From NCBI RefSeq assembly GCF_039654945.1, contig NW_027361775.1, forward strand, positions 11,656,001 through 11,720,000: DNA of 64,000 nt, given 5' to 3'. The notes below the pieces were generated by a model. It did no database searches, was not told the DNA's origin, and was given only the letters and a program-made list of their open reading frames with translations. A program made the translations under genes and the position numbers. This document shows positions 13,600-26,694 of this stretch, in pieces. Each line of letters opens with the position of its first letter. Positions within the stretch are counted from its first letter, which is position 1. The stretch is from Dendrobates tinctorius. Taxonomy: Eukaryota.

Positions 13600-14100
13600 T
13601 TTGCTGTCCCCCTTCACAGCCCCTCATTTCATTGCTCAAATGCATATCCCCTCATTTAATGGCCCCCTGGTACTGCCTCTCATTTCATGCCCCCTGCACA
13701 ATCCTTCATTTTATGCCCCCTGCATAGCCCCTCATTTTATTACCCCCTCTGCACAGCCCCTCTGTTTATGCCCCCTTTGTGCACAGCCCCTCAGTTTATT
13801 CCTCATCTGCAGAGTCCCTCAATTTATTCCCCATCTGCGCAATCCCTTCATTTTTTCCACCCCTCTGCACACCCCCTCGGTTTATCCTCCCATCTGCAGA
13901 ACCCTTCAGTTTATTCTCCCCATCAGCACACCACCTCTATTCCCCCATCAGCACAGTCCCTCAGTTTATTCTCCTATCTGCACAGCCCCTCATTTTATCA
14001 GCCCACCATAAGCACAGCCCCTCATCACATTTCATTCCCCCATCAGCACAGGACCTCTACTCACTTTATCCCCCCTCTGCACAGCTCCTCATTTTATGCG
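13600..14100. repeat. Degenerate C-rich minisatellite, ~25-30-bp unit (TTTATTCCCCATCTGCACAGCCCCTCA)
   Basis: The motif recurs throughout and explains the overlapping Pro-rich ORFs. Confidence 0.75.
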
Positions 14101-14166
14101 CAACTGGTTATGATGAAAAAGTTTTTCTTTGAAATGCGTCAACCAAGACTCTAATCTCTTATCTTA

Positions 14167-14620
14167 GGCTAGTTTCACATTTGTGTTTCAGGGCGCAGCG
14201 ATCGCCTGCACACAGCCGCCGCTAAGCCCCGCCCCCTGCCGCGCCCCTCCGATAGCTCCGCCTCCGGGCGCATGACGCTGCATGCATCATGCCTCCCCTA
14301 TCTTTATCACTGAGGATGCAGGCCGTGCGCAGTATGCGTTTTGGCGGCACCTGCGTCCTTTTGACGGTGTGCCAACCAGCTCCAAACGCAACCTGTTGCA
14401 ATTTGGTTGCGCTCGGCGCACCGTCAAAGGGATGCAGGCGTCGCTAAACACATACTGCGCACGGCCTGCATCCTCAGTGGTAAAGATAGAGTACGCATGA
14501 TGCATGCAGCGTCATGCGCCCAGAGGCGGAGCTATCGGAGGGGGCGCAGCAGGGGCGGGGCTTAGCTGCAGCCGTGCGCAGGCCGTCGCTGCGCCCTGAA
14601 ACGCAAATGTGAAACTAGCC
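14167..14620. mobile_element. Palindromic Harbinger-type MITE
   Basis: TIR GGCTAGTTTCACATTTG; TSD TTA/TTA; near-complete palindrome. Confidence 0.92.
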
Positions 14621-16231
14621 TTATTGTGCCTTTTTCATCGGATGTTATAGCCAATTATTAGATAATGTGGATTCTTTTTATGAAAATACTTTTTGCATAA
14701 AAAAGTACACCGAATAAAGTAATCACAGCTCTGGGTCCACCATTTCCTCTTCTGTGAAGTGCAGCAGTGGACGCTGGGTGACGCACGATTATGTCAATCC
14801 ATGACAGCGTCTGATGGAAATGGCCTGCATCTTGCTGGAGAGCCCAGCAAAGCAAAGAGAGATGACAGCTCTTCTGCTCTTGTGCGGGGGGCTCACACAC
14901 AGCTATTGTATTCATGACAGCTGAGTGCAGGGAGAAAGCAATGGCTGGGGTGCAGGCAGATAGAGAGGTGTGTGGTGTTAGTCACTGACACTGGTCTCCT
15001 GTGTGCCCACACCCCGGCCGTCAATGTGCTGAATATCTGTGGAAGATGCCGGGGGACCGCAGAAATTCAGTAATTTTTTTTTCATAGTCTGCTCCCCTTT
15101 GGTAGGCAGGAAGTAGCACCCTGTGCAGGTGTCTGACCTGTCTACTTCTCATTCTGGCCCAGTCTAAATATCACTTAATATTAGCGATAAGTGAATATAA
15201 TTCAGAATGTGGATTTTTTTGCAATTTGCTCCACACACTTCAGCAAAATAGTGACTAGCTAGTCACCTTTTCTGCTTAACCGTAGAGATAAGGCAAAATG
15301 TGAAAAAATACATGAATACTCACTCCTCCACTGACCCATCTCACTGCTTCTGCAGACTACCATTTGGTCTTCCATGTCTCTTCTTTAAATCTTTCCCTTT
15401 CATATGCATCTTCTTCTACATGCTTCACCCTGAGAAACCCCAAAAATAATAAGGAACATTTAATTTACATAGAATAACTTTGATACAAATTGTATTTCTC
15501 TGATAAATTTGCATGATGTTCGTGAAGTTGAAGACTGCTGTTGGTGAACACTAAAATATGCTATGGGATGAAAAAATGGAATAAAGAATCAAATAGCAAA
15601 TAATAAAAAAAAAAAACATTTCTTTCATAAAACATACAGTTATGCAGAAGGAAATACATGTTCATATTTATGCAATGATTACTTTAGTTTTAAAAATTCA
15701 TAAACAGATATTTGCACCATAAAATAATCCAGCTATTCCTGCCATGCACATTTGCATTGAGCACCGCATCACATATCTGTCATAGGTAGGAACAGGAGAT
15801 TTATAAATGCAGCGATACTACATTTGGTATATCACATTTTGTAGAAGACTTTATCTTTTAGAATAAATTACTATCACATTTATGCATTTCTTTTGCTGTT
15901 AGATGCTTCTCGCACATTAGGCAGTTAGTGCTGTTTTTATGCATCTGATTCTGCTAGCAGGAAAGGAGTAGCACTTTTGCATTAAATTCTATCTTTTATT
16001 CTAGCATCCCTCATAGCATTCTATGTTGTAGTATAGAGTATCGTACAATGATGTTAATAATAAAAGGTTTGTTTTTGTTAAATGCAGAGAGAAACTAATA
16101 TTTACTGATGATGCAAAAATTATCATGACTCAAACTCTTAGTGCACCATCTTGATAACTCGTCACAATGGGCTATCTCACTTACGAGGATGAAGATAACA
16201 TCGTACAAGCCATTTACTGATGTCACGTTAA

Positions 16232-17059
16232 AGCAAATCTGTCATCAGAATTTTGCTAAGTAAACTACAAGAATTGTCAGGTTGGTGTTGTTACACTGAC
16301 TAAAATGATACCTGGAGTGAAGAAATCCATCTTGTGGTTCTTGTTAATCTGTCTTTGCAGTTTTGAGTCAATGAGATGCTCGTGCTCCGGGACGTGCCTG
16401 TTGGGGGAGTTTGGTGCACTGGCCTGATTATGATCATTCTGGGCTTAAATTACAGGTCACTGAACCAGTGACCTGCCTACTATTGTAAATACTGCACCTC
16501 TGTATTTAGTATTCTGGCTTTCAAAAAGCAAATTTTGTTTAAAAAAATGTTGACCACACAGTAGCACCAATTGGCAAGCAATGTTCTTAAACTGTCCATG
16601 TGTTGCCCACTTTGTTTTGAGGACCAGTGCTGGAGCGTGCACAAGAAGAGGAAATCGTTGCCACTTAACATGGCATACACAGTGGGCAGCACTTGCGCAG
16701 ATTTAGAGCATTGCTTTGCTGATACATGCTACTGCGCCATTTTGTTAAAGCAAATTTTTTTTTGAAGACCAGAATATTAAATGCACAGATGCAGTATTTA
16801 AAATAGGAGGCAGGTCATGAAGGTTTATAGACCTGTCATTTAAGCCCAAGATGATGATGGGGCCAGAGCATCCAAAAAAGACCCACCCACAGGCATGTCC
16901 CATAGCATGAGCATCTCATTAACTCAAAACGGCAAACACAGATTAAACAAGAACAACAAGACATATTTCTTACACCCAGGTATCATTTTAATCAATGTAA
17001 CAATGCCAATCTGATAATTCCTGTAGTTTACTTAGCAAAATCCTGATTACAGGTTCACT
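16232..17059. mobile_element. T2/Kolobok-type palindromic MITE
   Basis: TTAA flanks; long inverted arms (TTTTGCTAAGTAAACTACA / TGTAGTTTACTTAGCAAAA) extending to a centre near 16690. Confidence 0.8.
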
Positions 17060-18202
17060 TTAACTGTCAAAATAAGGCTCGTTTGTGCCCTGACATTCCA
17101 TTGATATGTTGAGTCAAGGTAACCTTTGCTGGATCTGTAGCTGAATTTCCTAAGTGTTATAATAGACAAATACAATGCTTGTCACTTACTACATAGAACA
17201 GAAAAGAAAGTTTGATCTTAGTACTTTTTTTTCATTATTGAATTGTGGGTATTTATTCATGTTTATTGTCATAGGGGTTTTTACATACAGTAAGTGTCAA
17301 CTGAACATGCAGTAATATTGGTTGTCCCTTTAGATTCAGAACCTCCAAGTTAAACAGTCATTTTGTTGACTTGCATCCAGTGTGAAAAAGAAAGTTTGTT
17401 ATTAATTGCTCCGAAACGACATTTCTTCCATAATAAACACCAGTGTTAGAATTATTTTTCCTAAAAGCCACTGCAAAGTTAAATTATTCATTAAAAAATA
17501 ATAATTATGAATAAGCATTAGGCACTTGCGTCATTTCTGTAAATACCATACATATGTGATAAATATGGAATAAACTTACCAACAGAATCAGACAGATATC
17601 AACCTTACTCTTTCCTTAACTCCTGTAGTCTGTTATAGATTTAGTCCCACTCCCATGTAGCCACCTCTCCAATTAGACTCTTGTCAGATGTAGCTTAACT
17701 TCACAGGCAAAATGGGTTCAAGAGACTTTTGTTTTCTTAATAGATGGAGGTCCCACCTATGGGATATGTATGACATATCCTGTGGTATGCTATCATTTCC
17801 TAAAGTAAACCCATTTATGTAATCTGAGAGCACCATATTGTAGGAGCACAGAACCTGATTACAGTGATATGTAACTTATTAGGCTGTGTTTTGTGTTTTT
17901 GCTGTTTCAATACAATCAGTGCTTTATCAGAAATAGATTATCATGAGAGGACAACTGACCTTGTGCCTCCTAGTCCAACTAAGCCCCTAGCACTGATTAC
18001 CTGCTCTTTATCACTATGCAATCTACACAGAAAGCTGTGGTATGAGTGGGTATGAGTGGGATTATACACAGCTCAACAACTGAGCTCTACTAGGTCTGCA
18101 GCTGAGAAAACTGTGAATTTATCATACCTATTAAAACTGAGACATCCCTACCCTGTGCTGCTTTCAGATTACATAGTAAAAACTTGCTGACAAAAAAGCC
18201 TT

Positions 18203-19680
18203 TAAATGACAACTATTGTTTTAATTTTTCTTTTTTATTTTCAGAAATCATTCTTGTGAATATAAGAAACTTTGTCATATATCTCAATAGAGAAATCTGC
18301 TCCATTCTCCACCTGGACTGATCATTCATTTTCAAAATTCTCAATTCAAGTGTAATAACTGTCTTCAGTGGCTTCAGGTTTTCCTATTACTGAGATGATA
18401 GTTGGTTCTCATAAAGTTCTGTGGTGAACATTAACAGTCATTTCAGGAGAACTTGCAGCAAAATATTTGCCTCTATCTCCTCCCCATCCATAGAGTTTTA
18501 AAAGCACCAACTGTCATCTGCTAATCTCAGTAATTGGAGAATCTGTCTTCACGCAATGCAAATTTTACAGATTTTACCCTTGAAATGAGAGTCATAGAGC
18601 AATCCAGAAGGTAAAAGAAGCATATATACGATATAAAATAAAGGGAAGACTTACTGTATATAACACAATGTAACTCCATGTCAATCATAGTTGTGTGAAA
18701 TCATCCTATCCCGTTGTGAAGAAACAATGATTGTGAATCAATTTCTCCTGCTGTTGTGCAAATGAAACAGATAACAGGTAGAAATTGTAGGCAATTAGCA
18801 AGACAACCCCTATAAAGGAGTGGTTCTGCAGGTGGTAACCACAGATCATTTCTCTCTTCTCATCATTTTTGGCTATTGCTTTGGTCACTTTTGCATTTTG
18901 TCATTGCTCTCACCCCTAGAGGTGATGTATACAACCCACCGAAGTTGCTAAGGTTGTGCAGCTCATCTAGGATGTCTGCCATTAGGTACCGGGATGAGAT
19001 CCTCTGACCCATTGTGAGACCATATGCAGATGCAGTGGTCCCTGGTGCCTTATGATGCATGATAATGCTAGGTCTCATGGCTGAAGTGTATCAGCAGTTC
19101 CTCCATGATGAAGACATTGATGCTATGGACTGGCCTGAACGTTCCCCAAACCTGAATCCAATCGAGCACATCTGGGACATCATGTCTCATTCTATCCACC
19201 AATGCTATGTTGCACCCCAGACTGTCCTGGAATTGACTGATGCTTTCATCAAGGTCTGGGATAAGATCCCTCAGGAGAACATCCGCATAATCATCAGTAG
19301 CATGCCCAGGCATTGTAGGGAGGTCATACAGGCAAGTGAAGGCCACACACTACCGAGCATCATTTCCTTGTCTTTAGGCATGTCCTCTGAAGTTGGATCA
19401 GCCTGTAGTTTGATTTTACACTTTGACTTTGAGTATCACTCCAAATCCAGACTTCCATGGGATATTCATTTTGATTGACACTGATTATTTTTATGTTTTA
19501 TTGTTCTCAAGGTATTCCATTATGTAATAAATAAAGATTTGCAACTGGAATATTTCATTCAGTGATATATTGGATGTGTTATTTTAGTGTCTTCTTTATT
19601 TTCATGAGCAGTGTATTACAAAGTGGCTTATTTTCACATGTATTATTGATTTATTTAATTAAAACAACAATTACTCTTTA
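18203..19680. mobile_element. Old palindromic MITE interrupted by a Tc1 remnant
   Basis: Imperfect inverted arms 18240-18430 versus 18490-18625; the right arm resumes after 19615. Confidence 0.5.
18628..19613 (+). mobile_element. Internally deleted Tc1 remnant
   Basis: The ORF at 19059 contains MDWPERSPNLNPIEHIWD (Tc1 C-terminal motif); right end ...TTTTCATGAGCAGTG|TA; left end degraded. Confidence 0.8.
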
Positions 19681-19791
19681 AATCAAATACATTACTTACA
19701 GTACTTTACATATGCGCTGTTCTTACTATGTTTTATAGTCAATTTTGTGGACTGCCCAATCTGCAATGGTAATTGGCAATAAGTGAAGTAA

Positions 19792-21499
19792 TCTACATAT
19801 ATAAATGCCTTATCATGTCTGTCTGTAACCGAAATCGCGGGCAGCTGATTGGTGGCGGCCGCCAGGCTGCCACCAATCAGCGACAGGCGCAGCTGTTTGT
19901 AACGGTAAGCTGCGCCTGCCGCTGATCAGTGGCAGGCGCAGTCGGGCACAGCGCTCAATAGGATGCAGGCCTTAATCTGTAAAGAAGAGAATTAAAATTA
20001 AAAAAAAAGGTTATTCTCACCTTCCGACGGCCTCCTGTCTTCTATCCACGCGCCCGACATCGCGTTCCCAGTAATGCTTTGTGGCTTAGACCGCTGATGA
20101 CGTCACTCTCGCGAGAGCGAGAAAGAAGACCGACGTCACTCTCGCGAGAGCGAGAAAGAAGACCATCAGCGGTATAAGCCGTAAAGCATTACTTGGAACT
20201 CCAGGCCGGGCGCGTGGAAAGAAGACAGGAGGCCGTCAGAAGGTGAGAATAACTTTTTTTTATTTTTTAATATTATTTTTTTACATGCTAGAGGGCCGCG
20301 GCAGTGATTGGTCGCAGATACAGGGCCGTGTTGCTGATTGGTCATGGACAGAGGGCCGTGACGCTGATTGGTTGCGGCTACATGGAAAGGGGGTGAGGGG
20401 ACCATGCATACCAGGAAAGGGGGGTGAGGGGACCATGCATACCAGGATTGAGGGGTGAAGGGACCATGCATACCAGGAAAGGGGGGTGAGGGGACCATGC
20501 ATACCAGGATTGGGGGGTGAGGGGACCATGCATACCAGGAAAGGAGGGTGAGGGGACCATGCATACCAGGAAAGGGGGTGAGGGGACCATGCATACCAGG
20601 AAAAGGGGGTGATGGGACCATGCATACCAGGATTGAGGGGTGAGGGGACCATGCATACCAGGATTGGGGGGTGAGGGGACCATGCATACCAGGATTGGGG
20701 GGTGAGGGGACCATGCATACCAGGAAAGGGTGGTGAGGGGACCATGCATACCAGGAAAGGGGGGTGAGGGGACCATGCATACCAGGAAAGGGGGGTGAGG
20801 GGATCATGCATACCAGGAAAGGGGGTGAGGGGACCATGCATACCAGGATTGGGGGGTGAGGGGACCATGCATACCAGGAAAGGAGGGTGAGGGGACCATG
20901 CATACCAGGAAATAGGGATGAGGGGACCATGCATACCAGGATTGGGGGTGAGGGGACCATGCATACCAGGAAAAGGGGGTGAGGGGACCATGCATACCAG
21001 GATTGGGGGGTGAGGGGACCATGCATACCAGGAAAGGGGGGTGAGGGGATCATGCATACCAGGAAAGAGGGGTGAGAGGATCATGCATACCAGGAAAGAG
21101 GGGTGAGAGGATCATGCATACCAGGATTGGGGGGTGAGAGGACAATGCATTCCAGGATTGGGGGTGAGGGGACCATGCATACCCCGAAAGGGGAGTAAGA
21201 GGACCATGCATACCAGGAAAGAGAGGCGAGAGGACCATGCATACCAGGATTGGGGGTGAGAGGACCATGCATTCCAGGATTGGGGGGTGAGGGGACCATG
21301 CATACCAGGATAAGGGGTTGAAGGGTAGCATGCATATCAGGATTTGGGGTGAGAGAACCATACATATCAGGATCGGGGGTGAGAGAACCATACATATCAG
21401 GATTGGGGGATGCATTATTGCATTATTATTAAATCTTCAAAAATAAACTGCATACATATTCTAGAATACCCGATGCTTTAGAATCGGACCACCATCTAG
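19792..21499 (+). mobile_element. Non-autonomous Helitron carrying a hairpin and a G-rich minisatellite
   Basis: A|TCTACATATATAA start; 3' end CCCGATGCTTTAGAATCGGACCACCATCTAG|T. Confidence 0.85.
20385..21410. repeat. Minisatellite, 30-31-bp unit (GGGGGTGAGGGGACCATGCATACCAGGAAAG/ATT), about 33 copies
   Basis: Direct tandem units, diverging toward the 3' end. Confidence 0.95.
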
Positions 21500-21714
21500 T
21501 CTACTATATAATTGTCTGATTCTGTCTGTCTGTGTGCCTGTCTGTAATGGAAATCCCACCTCGCTGATTGGTCGCGGCAGTTAGGCCGCGACCAATCAGC
21601 GACAGTTGCTTAGTCGTCGTGGCAAAACGGCTGCATTGCTTATTGTACAGGCACATTACAGTCTGTTAAAGGCATTACTGCTGCGTTGCTCATTACACAG
21701 GCACAGTCCTGTAC

Positions 21715-23723
21715 ATATTCTGGAGTACAATACATTAGATAATTAAGTAACAATAGAACAGTGACTGCAGCTCTGGGTGTAACTGTAGTACAATACATTA
21801 GGTGACAGCAGAAAAGTGAATGCAGCTCTGGGTGTAACTGTAGTACAATACATTAGGTAAGATCTAAACAGTGACTGCAGCTCTGGCTGTAACAGGAGTA
21901 TAATACATTAGGTAAGAGCAGAACAGTGACTGCACATCTGGGTGTAACTGGACTACAATACATAAGGTAAAAGCAGAACAGTGACTGCAGCTCTGGGAGT
22001 AACTGGAGTACAATACATTACATAACAGCAGAACAGTGACTGCAGATCTGGGTTTAACTGGAGTACACTACATTAGGTAACAGCAGAACGGTGACTGCAG
22101 CTCTGGGTGTTATGAATGAGTCACTGAAGGAGGAAAAAACAAAAATACAAGCTAAGTCCAGAAAACCGGAGAGGTTGGTAGCTATCAGATTGCAGTCCCC
22201 TGATCCTATCCACAACAACTAACAGTAGCCGTGGGGGGTTCCTACGATGCCCTAGACCCCTCGATCACAGCCGGAGAACTAAATAGGCCTAAAGAAAGAA
22301 AGGGTAAATCTAAACTGCCCCAGAGCAGACCCCAAAGCAATAGACAGCCCCCAACATATAATGACGGTGAAGCAAGAAGAAAACACTAACACAGATAGAA
22401 AGATAGGTTGAGCAAACGATGGGGCCCAAGCTAACTAAAAAGGACAGGATAGAAAAGCTGCTGTCTGCAATCCGCAAAAAACCCTACCAAAAATGTCCCA
22501 ACCGTCTGATAGGAAAAACAGGCCCTGAAGTCGCTAGGACTTCAAAAAGACTATATCAGCACTCAGGTAAATTCTGAAGACAGAGCAAAGAGACAAACTG
22601 ATCAGAGACAAAAATGGAACTCAGCACACCCCCGACCAGGGATGGCTGAACTCCAAAAAACAAGGTAAACAAAACAAAACTAGTAAGTTCAATAGCAGAG
22701 CAAAAAACTTATCTTTGGGAAGCAGGAATCAGACTGGTCTCCAAGAATCCAGCAGAGAAATCACCAGCGACTCAGAAGGGCGTCGGCTGCCTTATATCCA
22801 GTCAGAAATTCCTGTTACCCAGTCATCATCTACCAGATCAGGTGTTTGGTGATCAGCCTCACTACCTTCCTTCACCAGAAGAGGGAGTTCATCAGACATT
22901 GACGGTGAAGGGGAAAATGAACTCACAACATCTTGGTGTAACTGGAGTACACCACATTATGTAACAGCAGAACAGTGACTGCAGATCTGGGTGTAACTGG
23001 AGTACTCTACATTAGGTAGCAGTAGAACAGTGACTGCAGATCTGGGTGTAACTGGAGTACTCTACATTGGCTAACAGCAGAACGGTGACTGCAGCTCTGG
23101 GTGTAACTGGACTACAATACATTTGGTAAAAGCATAACAGCAACTGCAGCTCTGGGAGTAACTGAAGTACAATACAGATTAGATAACAGCAGAACAGTGA
23201 CTGCAGATCTGGGTGTAACTGGAGTACACTACATTAGGTAACAGCAGAACAGTGACTGCAGCTCTGGGTGTAACAGGAGTACATTAGGTAACAGCAGAAC
23301 AGTGACTGCAGATCTGGGTGTAACTGGAGTACAGTACATTAGGTAACAGAAGAACAGTGACTGCAGCTCTGGGTGTAACTGGACTACAATACATTAGGTA
23401 AAAGCAGAACAGTGACTGCAGCTCTGGGATTAACTGGAGTACAATACATTAGATAACAGCAGAACAGTGACAGCAGCTCTGTGTGTAACTGGAGTACAAT
23501 ACATTAGGTAACAGCAGAACAGTGACTGCAGCTCTGGGTGTAACTTGAGTACAATACATTTGGTAAGATCTGAACAGTGACTGCAGCTCTGGCTGTAACT
23601 GGAGTACAATACATTAGGTAACAGCAGAACAGTGACAGCAGCTCCGGGTGTAACTGGAGTACAATACATTAGGTAACAGCAGAACAGTGACAGCAGCTCC
23701 GGGTGTAACAGGAGTATAATTCA
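21715..23723. repeat. Tandem array, 55-bp unit, about 21 copies, split by a solo LTR
   Basis: Unit AGTGACTGCAGCTCTGGGTGTAACTGGAGTACAATACATTAGGTAACAGCAGAAC; unit starts at 23411, 23466 and 23521. Confidence 0.95.
22108..22930. mobile_element. Solo LTR
   Basis: TGTTATGA...TCACAACA termini; near-TSD TCTGGG/TCTTGG; cleanly interrupts a 55-bp unit. Confidence 0.8.
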
Positions 23724-24081
23724 CTAGATGGTGGCCCGATTCTATCGCATCAGGTATTCTAGAGTCTCTGTTAAAATAAAAAATAGTGATATATTCACCT
23801 CCTGATGGCCCCCGGACTTTTTCTCTCTTCTCACCACGCTCCCGGCATCTTACAGTCCCAGTAATGCTTAGTGAGAAGGGCCAGAGATGACGTCACTCTC
23901 GCGAGAGTGTAACGTCATCAGCGGTGTTTCGCGCTAAGCATTACTGAGACCGGAAGATGCCGGGAGCGTGGTGAGAAGAGAGAAAAAGTCCGGGGGCCAT
24001 CAGGAGGTGAATATATCACTATTTTTTATTTTAACAGAGACTCTAGAATACCCAATGCGATATTATCGGGCCACCATCTAG
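23724..24081. repeat. 358-bp palindrome with a Helitron 3' terminus at both ends
   Basis: A|CTAGATGGTGGCCCGAT...ATCGGGCCACCATCTAG|T; centre TCTCG|CGAGA at 23897-23906. Confidence 0.9.
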
Positions 24082-25382
24082 TAGATGATAAAAAAAAATA
24101 TTTAACACACAGGTCTTAGAGCTGAATCTCTTTTACAAGCATATGTTTGGCCTCCTGTTTTAGATTTTTCCAGTAAAAATATGTCATTTCATGGAATAGG
24201 ACATCTAGCTAGAAATGACCTTATGTGCATGAGAACAATAATATTATTTAGAAAAATTGAGAAGAAAATGTCAAATCTTTGCACACACTACTATAAACAC
24301 AGCATGCTTTCCATTACCTGTGACTGCATAGAAGCTAGTGCTTGATTTTCTCAAGATCCAACCAGCATCCGTCTAATCAAGCTCTGTATGCACATATGTT
24401 TGAGCAGGGTTTCTGCGCTGGCCTTGTTTTTAATAGTCATCAGAATAAAGTTTGCATTGTGAGTGTTTCTTGTTTTGTAAAATGAAAATTTCAATATAAC
24501 CTAAACCATAAATAGTGACATAGCTGGAAATCCAAAAGCTGCAATTTTCTATTTCTGCCTGTCTAGTTATGAACTGACTATTTTTAAGGGAAGTTTAGCA
24601 CCACCAGCAAAGTTGTTTGTAGTGCCTACAGCTGTCAGCGCTCATGCTGAATATTCTATTCTGACTTGATACTGCTTCTTTCACATAGAGTCTAGAAAAG
24701 CTCTCTTCCCAGGAGGCAGTCTGTCATTACTTGAGACATGTATATTGTGTTTTCTACAGTATGTGGACCTACGAGCTGGAGTACATTCATTTTATATTCA
24801 TGATGCATATATAGCATGAAATGTGAAAATGTATGGATTTTAGGTTTGATTGAGCACTATTAATATGAATAGATGTTTCCCTGGATATATGGTTGTTTGT
24901 GCACTATATAGGAATTAAACTGGGGTATGGCATTCAATTTTTGCCATTTATATTTTGGAAATACAACTCTACAGGAATTCACACATGCACACCATTATTA
25001 CAAATATTTTTATGACAATGGAACCTGTCAAAGGATGGAATATATCAGGAAGCCAGTAAATAGACAGCTGTTGAAGTTGACATTTGGAAGCATGAAAAAT
25101 TGAAGGGTCAGAGAATCTGAGGGAATCTGACAGAGGTAAAGTTGTGATGGCTAAACCGAATTTATTTTTTCCAAAATGGCAGGTCTTGGGCGATCTTGAT
25201 AGGCTGCAGTATTTACTAGCTACTATAGGTGGTTCAATGGAAGACAGCTGGTGAATGCTCAAAGCTGATTGATTCTTACATGTGTTCCTGACTGCTCTGA
25301 TCCGAAATAAGACCTACAGTAGTATAAATTTATAAAAAATAAATAAATGATGGCTAAAAAGGAAGGTGTCCGAACACACAAT

Positions 25383-25639
25383 TAGAGATGAGCAAACCCG
25401 AACGTAAAAGTTTGGGGTTCATACCAAACAGTCAGTGGTAAACTTAGATCATGAACGTCTGAAAGTTCGTTTTAATGTTTGAAGCTTCGGGGGAAGAGAG
25501 AGTTCAAGTTACCTTTATTTTCAATGTGGTTGAGGTTCAAGTTAAAGTTTGGGTCAATTTCTGGTTCCAGAACTGAATCTTTGGACTAAAGGTCAGATGG
25601 GTAATAGAACTCAAACTTCCATGGGTCTGCTCATCCATG
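25383..25639. mobile_element. Short non-autonomous hAT element
   Basis: TAGAGATGAGCA...TGCTCATCCATG; 8-bp TSD CACACAAT. Confidence 0.8.
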
Positions 25640-26694
25640 CACACAATGCATTACATTACATGTTCCTGGGAATGGAGCTGCAGAGCTGTAATTTATAAAT
25701 GAGCAAATTTATTAAAAATTCATCAAATTTGCTTCCGATTTTGCCAAAAAAATTAGATTCCTTGCATTTCGGAACCCAGCTGGCAACATATATCATGACA
25801 TTGCAGGGTTTAGTCATCATTGGAGGCCTCAAATATGGCCAGGAGCTTGAAGATACTGAAGATGGCGCAGAGAATACCAGCCTGAATAGGATGACTAGAC
25901 ATCAGAGAAGCTATGCCAAAAGACAATTGAGGGCCAAATTGAGTATCTTTTTTTGTCCTGTTATGCTTACAGTTTGAGAAAGATGTGCATTCAATCTGTA
26001 TCAAATAAATTCAATACAAATCGAATTTACTGGATACAGTCAAGAAAATCTGAGAATTTAATTTTTTTTCTAATTCATTAATTCTTAGTAAAGATTAGTC
26101 AGGATGTCCATGTTAACCAGTGTCCATCCTGAAAAGTTGGTGCAATAAGTATGTTAGCATCCTAACAGCTCCATGAAGCTGGCATTATCAAAAAATAAGG
26201 TTTGTTAGTAGAAAAAAAAACGTAGCTGCTGCGACAAGATCTTGTAAGTAACTGAATATAAGAAGAAAAAATAAAATCAGAGTCAAGTATAACAACATGC
26301 TAGTGGGCTTACTGCATGGGAGTTATGGCGGTACCACGCACAGATATAGAAATATCCCATTGACGTTTTACATTAGAGGGTATAAATATAAGGAGTTTGG
26401 CTTGGGAGACATTTTGTTTTGGACTGAGGAAGGACATGGTGTTTGAGACAGAAGACGATCACTGGTGTTTTATATTAGATGGGGTTGAAAGAGGAAGCTA
26501 TTAGAAAAAGTATGTAATTTTGATTCAACAGCTTAGAGATTGTAACGAAAGCCAAATCATTTTGTCCAATAGGGACTGTGCAGAGCGATAAAAGGATGGG
26601 ACTTGGGATTGAACTCTGGGGAACTCAGCATAAGGAGGAAAAGAACCAGCAAAAAATATATTGAAAGTAAGGTATAAAGAGAGCAGTATCCCTA

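Larger units (their letters stand above)
21500..24081 (+). mobile_element. Second non-autonomous Helitron, abutting the first
   Basis: TCTACTATATAA start directly after CTAG; shares the GCTGATTGG...CCAATCAGCGACAG subterminal hairpin; ends CCCAATGCGATATTATCGGGCCACCATCTAG|T. Confidence 0.7.

Noticed and set aside
20166-21415. Long Pro-rich ORFs (up to 295 aa)
   Set aside because: They are translations of the 30-31-bp minisatellite.
21715-23723. CRISPR-like regular array
   Set aside because: Units are contiguous with no unique spacers, there are no cas genes, and the context is eukaryotic.
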